From positions 699,614 through 763,613 of the forward strand of contig NW_003314334.1 in assembly GCF_000143415.4 (NCBI RefSeq): a stretch of DNA of 64,000 nt. The letters are read 5' to 3'. Numbering within the stretch: the first letter of the stretch is position 1; every line of letters starts with the position of its first letter. The notes below the pieces were generated by a model. That model did not search any database. It saw only the letters and a list, made by a program, of their open reading frames with translations, and had not been told where the DNA came from. Shown one piece after another: positions 1-14,168 of this stretch. The DNA comes from Selaginella moellendorffii (taxonomy: Eukaryota > Plantae > Lycopodiophyta). A program made the position numbers and the translations under genes.

Positions 1-369
1 AGACTTGCATGCAAATAACCAAAAACGTCCTAATGGCCTGTGTAATTGGTCTTACTTCTGAGAGCATCAATTATCGTCCTTTCAACCTTCATAACAGAAC
101 AAGGAAGAAATATTTGAAAAGACAGAAAAAAGATGAGCACTAACTTGAATTGAATTGAATATTCTGTTTTGGCAGTCATGGGGTGCCCAACAAGAAACAT
201 GAGACTGTGCAAACAAGTTTGTAAGTTTGTTGTCAGGGTCTTCTCGCTCCCTCCATCCCGCACTCACATCCCTCCATCTCCCTAAAGCTTATAAAAAGAT
301 CTTCTTATAAGGTTAAGGTTTATGACAAACACCAATAATTTCATACTAATTTCATTGGAATTAGCGTTT

Positions 370-958
370 ATGTGGTGTTTCTCATTGTCAGAAGAGCTGT
401 AATGCACTACATCCTACTTACCATTGGGGTTTTTATTCTCCTTACATCAGAACTAGAAAAATTGGGCCAAACTGTTCTGCAATTAGATACTGTGCTTTAC
501 TCCATATCTATATGCCATTCTATCAATTCGCTATGTGGCTGGAGAAGCTAGATTTATTTATGAACCTTTATAACAATTTGTTCCAGTTGCCATAGGAATC
601 CGTACTCAATTCCAATACAAGTTATGCATGTTGATTAGCTTTCTTATTGGAGAGCTACTGCGTTTACAAGCACATATGTTTTATATCGGTGATGGTTCAT
701 TGCTTTACAAGTGATCTCTGCGGTAACACATTCATGTGCAGGGACATCATCAGTTATAAGGTGGTATTTAGAGCTAAAGAAACTCAGAGAACAACCATAT
801 CCAATAACTTCTTCCATATCATTTTGGGGTATGTTCTCAGAAATAGTCTTCTTGTATACATTTGTATTATGGTGATATTAGTTATAGTTAACATTAAGGT
901 CAGGGTAGATTTACAAGTGAATATACCTAGAATATGCATGGATATTCTAAGATACTAA
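370..958 (+). pseudogene. Divergent remnant of the OCT-derived membrane-protein family (family A)
   Basis: Translates as CGVSHCQKSCNALHPTYHWGFYSPYIRTRKIGPNCSAIRY, matching GVLYCQRDCNALNPGYHWG...KIGPKYSAIRY of the intact copies; later segment CATTCATGTGCAGGGACATCA matches HSCAGTS; frameshifted. Confidence 0.65.
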
Positions 959-1209
959 TGTTGTTATTAATTTAAATTAATATTGCATCTATTAATTTAT
1001 AAACATGTTAATAATTTATAAATTTTTCTAAACACTTTCTAGTATATTCTGTTTTATTCTATTTTGTTTTTATAAATTACAAACATGTTTATTATTTATT
1101 GATCAAGTGGATTAGAAATAACAAACCAAACGTTGATGCACTGGAAATTATTATAAATTCTCTACATAATATCTAAAATTATTGCAATAGTTCAAATGTT
1201 GAGCAACAG

Positions 1210-2650
1210 CCTTATAAGCCAATTGCCGCCTTGCCTCGGGGGTGGTCATCATGAGCACTGTCAATCGCCCTGGTACACTGCACCATCTTTGCTTGCTGTC
1301 TTTGTACTTCGAGAAAAATTGTCAAGCATAGTGGACATAGCACTAAAGCATGTTTAAGTCATAAAGATGGTGTGTTCCTTGTAGCGTAAATATGGAACTT
1401 CCACAGAATGTTTACTGCCAAGAGAAAACTCCCCAAGCAAATTGATCTGGGCCATGTGTCCTGACCAAAGCGTTTTTTCCGAGTTTCACGAAAACCAAAA
1501 TCACTTTGAGGACTCAGTGAGCATAAACCTGTAGTCAACTTACATTAGAGGAGTTTCAGAGGCTTATCTAGTGCGGCCCAGCACCAGATACAAGAATATG
1601 AGCAAAATAAGCCGACTCCAAAAGCACGTTGGCTTTCTTCAGACTAGACTCCCAGTCAGTGTAAACCGGTAACACATGGTTTACATTGCTACACTGAGCA
1701 GCAAAAGCGGGAGTCTAATATCATCCCCACTTCTTTTCTGGAATACCTTATTAAGAAACACAAACACAAGCTCAAGTCCATACCTCAGAAGCACAAAAAC
1801 GAACCCGCCTCCTTTGGCGTCCAAGCCCTCCACCAAGCTCTGACGTCTAAAGCGCGCTCGTTAAATGAGGTGAGCATGCAGTCATGCAACCAGCTTTCCA
1901 CGCCTGAGAATGAAAGATAGCTGTGTCACTAATTCAATACAAGAGAACCACCAGGAGCTTGGATTTGAGTAGTGCGATTGCTTTTATCTTGTTTGAAGTT
2001 GGATTCTTTCCTCTAGTATCACAAGAAACACGAAAAAGTTTTAGAGCACTTCTTGCTGAAGATGTCTATAAACGTTTTCATTACCTAATCCCTGTTGGAC
2101 TCAGGTCCTGTGCTTCTGTTTTTCTTCCAGCTTTCCAAAAGACCATCTTCCAGTTTCTGTGATAAATATGATACATGTAAGAAGAGGACCAGTAAGAGCG
2201 TAGTACCTGATCTTCAGGATGCAACTGTAAGCCTTCTCGAGTTGGAGCATCAGGATCCAAATGTAGAACATAGCGAGTTCTGATATTTGATCTTGATTGC
2301 ATGTTTTGTTTAGCTTCTGAGTGTAGGAGTCCACATTCCATGCCTTCCTCAGTAAGGATAACATTTGTAGACACGCATATACTCAAATGACCTTCTTTTC
2401 TAAATCCAATTCCTTGGACATGTTTGAGCAGTCCTATCATTTCTTACAAACTCAGACTACCTGATTGTCTTCCATTCTATCCTCTAAGAAACACTGCCAC
2501 CTTTTCCACACAAATGCCACAGAAGTGCCCATGATGAAGCCTCGGAATGTAGCAATTGAGCTCTTTTGGCATAGAACCCTGTCTTCTACAGCTCGATGCT
2601 TCTTGTCTGTAAGGAAGCAAGCAAGCTCGGAGGGACTTGGGCAAGGAAGC
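1210..2650 (-). pseudogene. Decayed copy of uncharacterised family C (paralog of 46616-47885 and 55260-56590)
   Basis: Shares ISEL(A/T)MF(Y/D)IWILMLQL, KIRYYALTGPLLTC and GVESWLHDC peptides with the other copies; many stops and frameshifts; boundaries approximate. Confidence 0.5.
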
Positions 2651-2689
2651 CAAAATCAAAGGAAAAAGAAAGCCCATGACCTCAATACT

Positions 2690-4470
2690 ATCAACTGCGT
2701 TGGTGAGAGCTTTCATGCAAATCGGGAATTTGGTGGAGGCTCGAGGTGTGTTTGAGACAATGGTGACGAGGGACTTGGATTCGTGGACAACAATAGTGTC
2801 GGGCTATGCCTTGTAGAAGAGGCCAAGAAGACGGATGCCCCAGTAGAATCTCGTGCCTTGGAATGGGCTGATGGAAAACGGCATCCTGGACAGAGCGAAG
2901 GCTGCTGTTTGATCGAATGCCACAGTTGCCTACATCAATCGCTGCCGCCTATGCCCAGGACGGGCATGTCGATGGCGATCCACCACCAAATGTCCACAAG
3001 GGACTTGATATGCTTGTCGCAATGCTCGGCCAGGCCGGAAGAATGGAGGACGCCCTCAAGATCCGGCAGCAAATGCCGAGATGGAACTTTTTCACCTGGA
3101 ACGCGATCCTCTCCGGCTATGCGGGAGAGATCCACTCTCGTGGGCATTGCGGCGGGCACAGCTCGAGCCTCGATCACGCGGCCATTGCGAGCGTAATCGT
3201 GCATCAAACTCGTCCAGAACTTCTCCTGCGGGACGCTGTCAAACGATCGCATCTTGCGTGATGGAAGCATATGCCCAAACTGAGCAAGACATCCATCTCT
3301 TCCACGAGGCCACGCTCGATGGTGGAGTGAGGATCGATCCTGTGTCGTTCATCACCATCCTCTCGGCTTGCAGCCATCTGGGGACGATCCAAATCGCCCG
3401 CGATCAATGGTCGCCTATGATCGCAAGAACCAAAACTTTGGGTTCTTCCCAGAGACCAATGTCGGGCGATCACAGGGCTAGAGAGCGGCATTTCCCGGTG
3501 GATCTCGTCCATGGAAGAATCAGCCGGTTCCCAGCAGCCCTCACGAGATCAAGTTGAATCGGCTGCATGGAATTGAGTTTCGTGATCTTGTCTCGTGGAA
3601 CTCGATGATCGCTGGATATGTGGCAGCATCCACTGTCAGGCGATGATCGATCGTGTCCCAGAGCGCCAGGCCGTGATATGGAACTCAATGATCACTGCGT
3701 TCGCGCAGGGGCAAAACGAGGCAGCAAAATCGATTTTTGACAGAATGCCGGCCGTGTCGTGGACGAATCTACTGCTGTGCTACGCGCAGAATGATTCCTG
3801 GAAAAATTGGACAGGGCGTTCCATCGGCTCCCCTTCACCAACGCAGTGGCAAGAACTACAACTACGAGAATACCCAAAGAGGAGATTTTGCCAACGCAAG
3901 ATAGATCTTTGATTCCATGCCGGATCAGGACGTGGTGGGCGATGGTGCAGGCTTACTGCCACCAAGGACGAAGAACATCTTTGATCAAGTGTCGGAGAAG
4001 AATCTAGTCTCGTGGAGCTGCTTCTCGCGTATGCCGAGAATGGGCACTTTGACGGGGCCGTGAGGTTCTTCCACGAGATCCCACACAAGACCATCGTCTG
4101 CTGGACAGCTCTCATGAAAGTTTACGTCAATTTGGGCGATCTCGGCACCACCAGGAGTGTGATTAAGAGCATGAAGATGCTCAGCTTGGGACGACGGGCA
4201 CTACGATCGAGCAGTGGAAGTCTTCCATCTTATGAATCTCGAGGGCGTCAAGCTGGACAAGGTGACGTTCCGGAGCGTTTTAACTTCGTGCAGCCATTGC
4301 CAAGGGCTGGGAGCACTTCGTCTCAATCAGCCGAGACTTTGAGATGGTGCCGAGGAGAGAGCGCTATTGCTTCATGAAGAACGAAGGAGTTCATCAACTC
4401 GATGCCATTCCTTCCAGACATGGTGATCTGGATGTCGCTGCTGGGAGCCTGCTGCCTCTTCTGCCACGGA
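2690..4470 (+). pseudogene. PLS-class PPR protein pseudogene with start of E domain
   Basis: Repeated PLS motifs (MPRWNFFTWNAILSGYA, VIWNSMITAFAQG, SFITILSACSHLG, VCWTALMKVY) and E-domain MPFLPDMVIWMSLLGAC scattered over several frames. Confidence 0.9.
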
Positions 4471-4479
4471 TTGTTGCCC

Positions 4480-5565
4480 ATTTATCATTGTTCCCACTCC
4501 CATCTGTTGTGTTGCTTGTTTGTGGTGATTGGAGTATGGCCCTGCAAGTTTGGTGTCATCTGTTCTGTTGTTTCCTTTCATTTTCCAGCTCCAACAACAC
4601 GTGTATGCTTTCATTGACAAGTGTTTGCCTCTGGACCTCCATCTATTCCAGGAACCTGGTTATCTCCGCTGCGTTTTCAGGTGTCCCAAGGATGTTAGCT
4701 ACAGGCATATCCCATGGGATCGGCCTGAGTCGGAACTCATCGTATCCTGAGCATTCCTTGACCGTATGTGTTACTGTCTCGACGGACATGCCACACACTG
4801 GGCAAAGCTGTAGATGTCGCGGAATCTTTGCTGGTCTTGTTCTTCGTCCTAGTTCCACGAGTAGTCTATGATCACCTGTTCTGTAACGTGCAAGGAGTTT
4901 CTGTCGCCAGGGAAAGAGCTGATCATAAAGAGCCGTTCCCACCTGTTCGTTTGGGTTGATCTCCTCCACATAGAGCTTGTATTTTGAGTGGTTCTTCTGG
5001 GCTTGGATCCATCTTATTAGCACGATGTGTGTCCAGAATTCAAGATCTTCATGGAATCGTTCTGTGATGTTGAGATTCAGACCGACTCTTTTGGTCCTGT
5101 TTCATGTCATGCCACCAGCAGCCTGTCTGTGATTGGTCGAGTTGCTGTCCTGTGACTGCCAACTTCTGCTCTTTCAGATGTAGATGATTGTGTGCCGCCA
5201 GGCGAGTATTTGTAGGGAAAAGAGGCCTGTTTCCATGATCACATATGGCATAAGGTTGATGCTGAATTCTTCCCAAATGAAACTTCGTTGCACAGCCTCG
5301 ACTTTGTCCTACTCCTTCCTGGCCCCATATCTCAGCGCCATAAAGCGCCACTATCCTTACTTTTATGAGGTAATAAGTCTTCTTCACCTCCCAGCACATC
5401 CCTTGTAATAGTCCAATTGTAAGCTGTGGATGCTGCTTTCCATCGTTCTGTGACTCCGAATTTCCATGGCCTCAACTTTGTTCCAGAATGCAATGCAAAG
5501 GTTCCTCGTATGTTAGTATCATGGGGAAAAGCTTCGGTTGAGGATCGTGGCATGGCTTCTGGCTC
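4480..5565 (-). mobile_element. 5'-truncated non-LTR retrotransposon (LINE) ORF2 C-terminus, RTEX-like
   Basis: Post-RT ALYGAEIWG motif followed by LARYRTGDHRLLVELGR...CPVC...ETVTHTVKEC (CCHC knuckle) typical of LINE ORF2 ends; clade is inferred. Confidence 0.7.
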
Positions 5566-5574
5566 AATCAACGA

Positions 5575-5843
5575 ATTCCAATAATGGAATAATATTTTAT
5601 GATAGTGTAATATTACCTTCAATAATATATCCCACTGAATATATATGGTGAGTGAACAAAACAATTGAATTGCAAAGAATTTTGGCCTAATTTTTGCATA
5701 AGCCAGTAAATCCATCATAAAACCTCAACTAGGGTTTAATGCATTGCAATCTCTTTGACAATAAAGACCATTTGGGCAATTTTCTTGTGATATAAAGACT
5801 AAGTCACAATAAATAAGTAAAATGCTACCACAATTTAATAGTC
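5575..5843 (-). pseudogene. Family A exon-1 remnant cut by LINE (left) and LTR element (right)
   Basis: CPNGLYCQRDCNALNPS and LAYAKIRPKFFAI peptides. Confidence 0.7.
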
Positions 5844-6009
5844 TGTGAGGGTCAAGTGTACGACTACGATGCCGTATATTATTATTAGGGTAGTGGGATT
5901 TTGGTAGTTGTCGGATTGGTTTCAATCCAAACCATTCTTTCTTGTATATAAGTTAGGGTTTTTGGGCTAATTAATATACACATTTTTTTCTATATTCCAA
6001 GCACTCATA
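5844..6009 (+). repeat. 5' LTR of copy 1
   Basis: TGTGAGG...CACTCATA, homologous to 10630-10805; followed by TTGGTG primer-binding site. Confidence 0.92.
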
Positions 6010-7130
6010 TTGGTGAGGGGCAACTTTGATTGTCTCTAAGGAGTGCTTAAATTTGGGATTTTGGTTTTGCATCGTTTAGATCTAGTTTTTTTCCATTTCC
6101 TTTCTTTTATTCTTCCCTTTTAGGATTTTAGTTTAGATCTAGCTTTTTGTATTGTCTAGATCTCCCATTTCCTTCTCGCTTTTTGTCATTTCTCTTCTTT
6201 TTGCTCTTTCTTCGTCCATCTTCATGGTAGATCAGCAATCTCCTCCTTTGATTCTAGAGCAGTAGTTTGTACAATTTCTTGATGCTATGTGTTGCAATTG
6301 AACAACTAAACTTAGTTGATGGCGGCGTTCATGGCACGTGGTACAACTCCTCCTGCTCTTGGTGCTAATCTTCGCGTTTGGCTAGAGTTCTTTTGCGGGA
6401 ATCCTGAGGATGATGTGTATCATTGGTTTGATCACTTCACGGTGATTGCCACATATCATTCTTGGGATGATGCTCGACATTTGCGTGAGTTTCCCATGTG
6501 TCTCCAAGGGACGGCATTGCAATGGTACAATGGTCTGCGCACAACCACTCGTGAGGATTGGAGTGTTCTCCCAGAAGTCTTCAAACGCGCCTTCAGACAT
6601 GCCGACGACTGTGATGATGCCTTCCAACAATTGCATCATCTTTGCCAAGGGCCCTCTGAGTCGGTGATGCAATTTGGCGTTTGTTTCTGAAGTCTTTTGC
6701 TTCGTGCGGAACCAAATATGTCGGAGCGGATCAAGCTAGGAATGTTGTGGCCAGCACTTCGTCAAGATCTTGTTGGACTTGTGCATGCACTTGCTCCTGC
6801 CACCCTTGACAATGCTCTTTGCTTGGCACAATGTTATGAAACGTCGCCTCTTCCACTTCTCACTACACGTCCTTCAACTTCACTTCCTTTGGGTGATGGT
6901 CCTGTTCCAATGGAGGTTGATGCTGCTGCTGCTCGAGTCCAAGGACAAGGTCGAGGACGTGGTTGTGGCCGTGATGTTCGCTATTGGGCATGTGATGAAG
7001 TTGGTCATACTTATTGGCATTGTTGGCGGTTTCCGAATTGGCAACCTCCATTTCTTGGGTGGAGACCTTGGCATCAACAACGTCCCGTTGGTGCTGCTGT
7101 AGTGGACGGTTTGGACACCAAGATACATCT

Positions 7131-7192
7131 GGGAAACGAGGAGTCCCACGAGTAACGGAAAGACCTTGCGTGAATAAGTTAGTGACCCCTCC
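7131..7192 (+). promoter_or_regulatory. Putative -1 ribosomal frameshift signal (gag/pol), copy 1
   Basis: G_GGA_AAC in the gag frame 18 nt before the end of the gag stop; the -1 frame continues toward the protease. Confidence 0.7.
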
Positions 7193-10100
7193 ATCTTTCT
7201 TTTAGGAGTATCATCAAGGGGTTCACTCGGCACCGGTTCATCCAGTGTTTACTTTCCAAACTCGTTTTTATAACAAGAGATCTCCTATTATTCTCTCCGT
7301 GTTGATTGATACAGGTTCGAGTTTATCTTCTATTGCTCGATCTGTTGCCATACATTGCTGTCTACACTTGTGTCGTGCGGCGGAACCAGTTTTCATTCTT
7401 TATGGCAACGGCCGTACACATGCATGTGCACTAGATGAGGTGGACCTAGTTGTGTGTGTGGGCGATCTTGAGCTTGAGTTGCAGTCATTGCGGGTGGTGC
7501 CGAGTCAAGCTTTTGACCTCATTCTTGGTATAGATTGGTTGTAGCGCAATCATGCCAAATGTGATTTTGAGGCTTTTCCCCCTTGTCTCATACTTCCTTA
7601 TATTTCATCCATTCCTCTTACTTCTGTACCTCTTTATCCCTCTATTTCTACCTCTGCTTCCGTTACTTTTGTTCCCCCACTATTTCCTCCTATGTTTCCA
7701 TCTTGTTTTGCTCTTATTTTTTCCAATCCCTCCAATGATCTTTGTGTTGCAATAGTGGACCAGCTCATGAAGGAGTATTTTGATCTCTTTGAATTTGACC
7801 TATCTTCTAGGGCCAAGATTGCCACATGTCATCCAATTCCAACCAGGGATGCTCGTCCAATCAAGGTTCCCATTCGTCATCGGTTACCCAAGGAGATCTG
7901 GATTTTACATGCAAATGTCAAGGAGATGTTGGAGAAGGGTGTTATTTGGAAGTCGCGGAGTCCTTGGGCATGTGAACCTCATCTTGTGATGAAGCCTGAT
8001 GGGAATATTTGTTTCTGCATCGATTATCGTCCGTTAAACAAAGTGACGATCCCAGATGTGTACCCTCTTCCTCACACTGCTGATTTCTTAGATCGTCTGG
8101 GGCAAAGTCGTTAGTTCACCAAGCTAGATCTTGCTTCTGGGTACTGGCAAGTACCGATGGCCGAAGAAGATATTCCTAAGATTGCCTTTCATACACCATT
8201 TGGTTTGTACAAGTTCTTGGTGATGCCGTTTGGTTTGAACAATTCTCCAGCAACTTTCCAGCGGATGATGGACGAGGTTCTTTGTGATATGCCAGAGGTG
8301 ACTACTGACTTCATTGATGATGTCTTGATCCACTCGGAGGGAACGTGGAAGGAGCACGTTCGTGATGTTTGTAAAGCTTTGGATCGGCTACGTGATGTTG
8401 GTTTAAAGTTGAAATGGTTGAAGTGCATGTTTGGGTCCAAGGATACAACTTATCTTGGGTACCGTATTTCTCGCGAGGGTTTGCAGGTTGATCCTGACAA
8501 ACTTGTGGCTGTTCTAAAGTTCCCTACTCCGAAGTGTGTGAATGATGTGCAGTGCTTCTTGGGCAAGGTGCAGTATCTCAGTCATTTTGTGGATCATTTT
8601 TCTGATCGCACTACATTGTTGCGAGCATTGCTGAAGTCATCAACATCATCTTTCATCTGATCTTCGGATTATGAGCGGGTGTTTAGGGATCTCAAAGAGC
8701 TGTTGACGACTCTTTCGGTTTTGGCATATCCTAACTACACTCGACCTTTTATTTTGCGCGTGGATGCTTCTGACAGTGGTCTTGGAGGTGTGTTGATGCA
8801 AGAGAGCTTGAGTGTACCTGGTCAGCGCCATCCTATTGCGTATATAAGCCGTACATTACAACTAGCGGAAATGAACTACTCTATGACAGAGAAGGAGTGT
8901 TTAGCAATAGTTTGGGGTTTCGAAAAACTTCATGCATATCTACATGGTTCTCAGACGTTACTTGAAGGTGATCATGTTGCTATTACTTCATTATTGAAGT
9001 GGAAGAACCTGGTTGGTCGTACTACTCGATGGGCTTTGAAACTTCAAATATATGATTTTGATGTTGTTCATCGCTTAGGGAGTTCTATGGCTGATGCTGA
9101 TGCCCTTTCTCGAGCTCCTCTTCCTTCTCTATTCTCTTCTCATGTTTCTGATGAGCCTGTTGTTCCAACCTCTATGGATTTTCTAGACGAGGATTCTGTG
9201 CTGTCGGCGGTTGCTATACTTGACGTTCAGTGTCCACAAGGCACAGAGCAAGATTTACCTTCTCTTCATGAGGTTCGCGAGGCTCAAAAGATTGTCGAGA
9301 TGTGTTTGAGAATCCTGCATCACTTGCTGATGACTTGCCTTTTCCGCATTTACATTCTCAATATCGCTTTGAAGATGGCCTTCATTATTTTGTGGGGACA
9401 GATCCTAATGATCATTTACGGATGGTGGTGCCTTCTATCTTTATTCCGCGGTTTCTCCATGCCTACCATGATTCTTCTGTTCTAGGTGGGCATATAGGAC
9501 ATCGTCGTGTAACCGAGAAGCTATAGGTCTTTCTATTGACCGGAGATGCAACGTAATATTATCCGGTATGTGCGTAGCTGCATTTGGTGCCAAGCTCGTA
9601 ATACTCCCCCTCGAGCTGCGGAAGGACAGTTGGAGTCAATTGCAATTTCCCGTCTATTTGAGTTGGTGGCGTTTGATCTTATGGGACCTTTTCCACGGTC
9701 AACTACTGGCAATAAGTATGTTATTATTGCTTCTGACTACTTGACTTGTTGGGTGGAAGTTGGTGCTTTTGCTAGTGCCTCTGCAACTGCTATTGAATAC
9801 TTCTTCCTCAATCGAGTGGTGTTCCAGCATTTTTGTCTAGAGCGGATTCTTTTGGATAATAGTCCCACATTTATGGCTGAGGCATTTCATGTTTTGATGT
9901 CTCGGTTGGGGATACGCCACACTTTCACGAGTGTTTATTATCCACAATCAGACAGTCTGGTGGAACGGCTCGTTCGGACATTCAAGGGGATGATTGCGAA
10001 GTATGTGAACTTTTAGCATTCGAATTGGGATGGTTATTTGCCGTCTCTTCGGTATGCATATGTCACAGGGGTGCAGAGTTCTATTGATGCTTCACCATAT

Positions 10101-10629
10101 AAACTCTTATATGGTCATGATCCAATATTACTAACGGAGCTGGGTTTACCTTTGTGATTGCCACGAGCTACGAATGCTAAGTTATGGGATCAGTATTTGA
10201 CAAACATTCTTCCACTTGTCCGAGCAGAGTCTACCGAACACTTAGGCCGCATACAAGTAGGACAACAACAGTGGTACAACTCCCATCACGTCCATCTACA
10301 GAGTACAAAGTGGATGATTTCGTGTTAGTCCATTTTCCCCATTTTACGGTACGTGGTTTATCTAAGGGGCTCCTTGCACAGTGGAAAGGACCGTATCGGG
10401 TGTTGCGGCAAGTTGGACCACAAGTTTATGAGGTTCGGCATGACATCCAGCAAGCCAATCCTCCGGAGTTTGTGCATGTGTAGCAGTTGAAATGCTTCAT
10501 ACAAAGGGATCATGAGCAGTTAATACCACCTACAAATCCACCAATGCCTCCACTTGACATTCCTCCAGATCTCGGCCTGTCTACAAAAGAACCTTGATGG
10601 TCTTTCATTATTCCGAGAGGAGGGGATGA

Positions 10630-10805
10630 TGTGAGGGCCAAGTGTACGGCTACGATGCCATATACTAATATTAGTGTCATGGGATTTTAGTAGCCATCGG
10701 ATTGGTTTCAATTCAGACCACTCGCTCTTGTATATAAGCTAGAGTTTTTGGGCTAATTGATATTCACATTTTCTGTATTCCCTTTCCATATTCCAAGCAC
10801 TCATA
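10630..10805 (+). repeat. 3' LTR of copy 1
   Basis: Follows the PPT; homologous to the 5' LTR. Confidence 0.92.
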
Positions 10806-12680
10806 TACCCAGATTCAGTCAAGAAAATAATTATTTGTACATATATATGTTATAGAAACTATAAATTCAAATATTATATTCCATAGAATCATGTACTAAT
10901 AACTTATATTTGCAATTAGGAAAAAAAATTTAAAATACTGTTGTGAGTTCTTGGAATATAGAAAGGGAATACAGAAAATGTGCATCTCAATTAGCCCAAA
11001 AACCTTAGCTTATATACAAGAGTGAGTGGTCCAAATTGAAACCAATCCGATGGCTACCAAAATCCCACTATGCTAATATTTAGTATACAGCATCGTAGCC
11101 ATACAATTGGCCCTCACATTATCCCCTCCTCTCAGAATAATGGAAGACCATCAGGGTTCTCTTGTAGATAGGCCGGGATCTGGAGGAACGTTAGGAGGAG
11201 GCATCAGCGGATCTATAGGTGGTATTAATTGCTCCTGATCCCTTTGTATGAAGCATTTCAACCGCTCCACATGCACAATCTCTGGAGGATCGGCTTGCTA
11301 GATGTCATGCCAAACCTCATAAACTTGTGGTCCAACTTGCCGCAACACCCGATATGGTCCTTTCCACTGTGCAAGGAGCCCCTTAGATAAACCACATACT
11401 GTAAAATGGGGAAAATGGACTAACACGAAATCATCCACTTTGTACTCTATAGGTGGACGTGATGGGAGTTGTACCACTGTTGTTGTCCTACTTGTATGCG
11501 GCCGAAGTGTTCAGTAGACTCCGCTCGGACAAGTGGAAGAATGCTCGTCTAATATTGATCCCACAATCTAGCATCGGCAGCTCGTGGCAATCGCGAAGGT
11601 AAACCCAGCTCCGTTGGTAATATTGGATCACGACCATATAAGAGTTTATATGGTGAAGCACCAATAGAACTCTGCACCCCTGTGACATATGCATACCGAA
11701 GAGACAGCAAATAACCATCCCAATCCGAATGCTGAAAGTTCACATACTTCGCAATCATCCCCTTGAATGTCCGAACGAGTCGTTCCACCATACTATCTGA
11801 TTGTGGATGATAAACACTCGTGAAAGTGTGGCGTATCCCCAACCGAGACGTCAAAACATGAAATGCCTCAGCCATAAATGCGGGACTATTATCCAAAAGA
11901 ATCCACTTTGGACAAGAATGCTGGAACACCACTCGATTGAGGAGGAAGTATCCAATAGTAGTTGCAGAGGCGCTAGCAAGAGCACCAACTTCTACCCAAC
12001 AAGTCAAGTAGTTAGAAGCAATAATAACATACTCATTGCTAGCAGTTGACTGTGGAAAAGGTCCCATAAGATCAAACGCCACCAACTCAAATGGACGGGA
12101 AATTGCAATTGACTCCAACTGTCCTTCCGCAGCCCAAGGGGGAGTATTACGAGCTTGGCACCAAACGCAGCTATGCACATACCGGATAATATTACGTTGC
12201 ATCTCCGGTTAATAGAAAGACTTGCGTAGCTTCTTGGTTACACGACGATGTCCCATATGCCCACTTAGAATAGGAGAATCATGGTAGGCATGGAGAAACT
12301 GCAGAATAAAGAGAGAAGGCACCACCATCCGTAAATGATCATCATGATCCATCTCCATAAAATAAAGAAGGCCGTTTTCAAGGTGATATTAAGAATGTAA
12401 ATGCCGGAAAGGCAAGTCATCAGCAAGTGATGCAAAATTCTCAAACCCATCTCGAAGCCTTTGAATCTATGGCTCAATCTTTTGAGCATCACAAACCTCA
12501 TCAAGAGAAGGTAGATCTTGCTTTGTAGATCTTGCAAAAGAACTCCGGCTGAACACGAGGATTGGCACCAAGAGCAGGAGGAGTTGTACCACGTGCCGTG
12601 AATGCCACCATCAACTGAGTTTGGTTGTTCAATTGTAAGCGCATAGCATCAAGCAATTGTACCAACTGCTGCTCCAGAGT

Positions 12681-13822
12681 TGTCGCAAATGTGACTTCGG
12701 GTATCAATAGTTACCTGTCGGTTAGTCCTTTTGGATATTCTTTCCTTACTACCACGATGGCAGGAGGTCGGTATTGCTAGACCCGTTATCAGTTCCCACT
12801 TGAGCTAGTTGAGAAACTGGTCATTGACCGTGCACTTATATAGGATAAACATAAGGTAAGAACTCTTATGTGTTTTTCGCTGAGCATACTCGGCCTAGTT
12901 TGAGAAACTCCTGTCATTGGCTTGCAGTTGCTAGTATCAAGAACCCTCGTGATCTTGAGCTTGGTCCCTCAATATCACTAGATGATAGCTTACCGTGTCT
13001 GCCAAACACTCTCACTATCATGCCCTTTGTGTTAGTCTCATTTCAGTCCTAAATGCTATTTATGGAAAGTATTTAGATTTGCTCATTTGGCATATCTACG
13101 GAATGTAGAGATTGACCTGAATACAATGGTGTTCATCCCGTGTCCAAATTCACAATCTAACGTCATTCCATATTTAGTAAGTTTCTAGCTTGTCCCAGAG
13201 AATAACTCTTGGTACTAAGGGAGGCTTGAGGTGAAAGCCCAAAGTATGTGTTCCTGAAGGGGGGGGGATATGGGGGTTCCAAATGTATAGTAGGGATAGT
13301 GGATAGGTTGGGCATGGCTAACTAACCTGAGGCATCGTCTAGCTCCCGCTTGTGTGCTTGTCCTTGTTCTGCATCTGGCTTGGGTTTAAGCCCAAGCTCC
13401 ACACCATGCTAGCTGGTGGAGTACCCATGTCCTCGCATTAGGCCACCGGTATGCTGAAATAGCACCAGATTCCATATGGCTCTATTTTACGTGCTAGTCC
13501 TGGCATTGGGATGCTAGTTGCTCTAGGACTATTCTAAGTTGCTCCGGGCTTCTGTCCCTTTGCTTCTTGGGCTGTATGCTCAGGAGTTGCTCTATGGTTC
13601 AATTCCATCATTCCCTGGCTCCATGCTTGGGAGTTTAGCATTGTTCCTTTGTTCAGTGGCCCAAGGCCTCGAAACTCGGGTTCCACACCACTGTCCTTTG
13701 GACACATGGCATGTGACATGTGGCATATAACACATGGCACATGGAAGGTTTAGGTTCCGCTTCATGGTGTTATCCTATGGTAAATCACCATAGGATAAAA
13801 GGTAAAAACCACGTGTACTACA
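12681..13822. mobile_element. Solo LTR of family 2 (about 1.14 kb), TSD AGAGT
   Basis: TG...CA termini; AGAGT at 12676-12680 and 13823-13827; host sequence resumes on both sides. Confidence 0.9.
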
Positions 13823-14168
13823 AGAGTCAAAGGAGGAGATTGTTGATCTACTATGAAGATGAATGGAAAAGAAAGAGCAAAAAAAGAAAAATGATAAAAA
13901 GCTACAAGGAAATGGTAAATCTAGACAATGCAAAGAGTTAGATCTAAACTAAAATACTGAAAGGGAAGAATAAAAGAAAGGGAATGGAAAAAGCTAAATT
14001 TAGACGATGCAAAAGCTAGATTTAAACCAAAATCCCAAATTCAAGCACTCCTCAGGGACAATCAAAGCTGCCCCTCACCTCCACCAATGTGAGTGCTTGG
14101 AATATAGAAAGGGAATATAGAAAATATATATATCAATTAGCCCAAAAAACCTAGCTTATATACAAGAG

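Larger units (their letters stand above)
5844..10805 (+). mobile_element. Ty3/gypsy LTR retrotransposon family 1, copy 1 (full length, decayed)
   Basis: LTRs 5844-6009 and 10630-10805; PPT GAGAGGAGGGGATGA; gag, protease LIDTGS, RT (IDYRPLN, MPFGL, FIDD), RNase H (VDAS, EKECLA, DADALSR), integrase HHCC/DDE and WKGPY; gypsy domain order; no chromodomain; no matching TSD. Confidence 0.97.
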
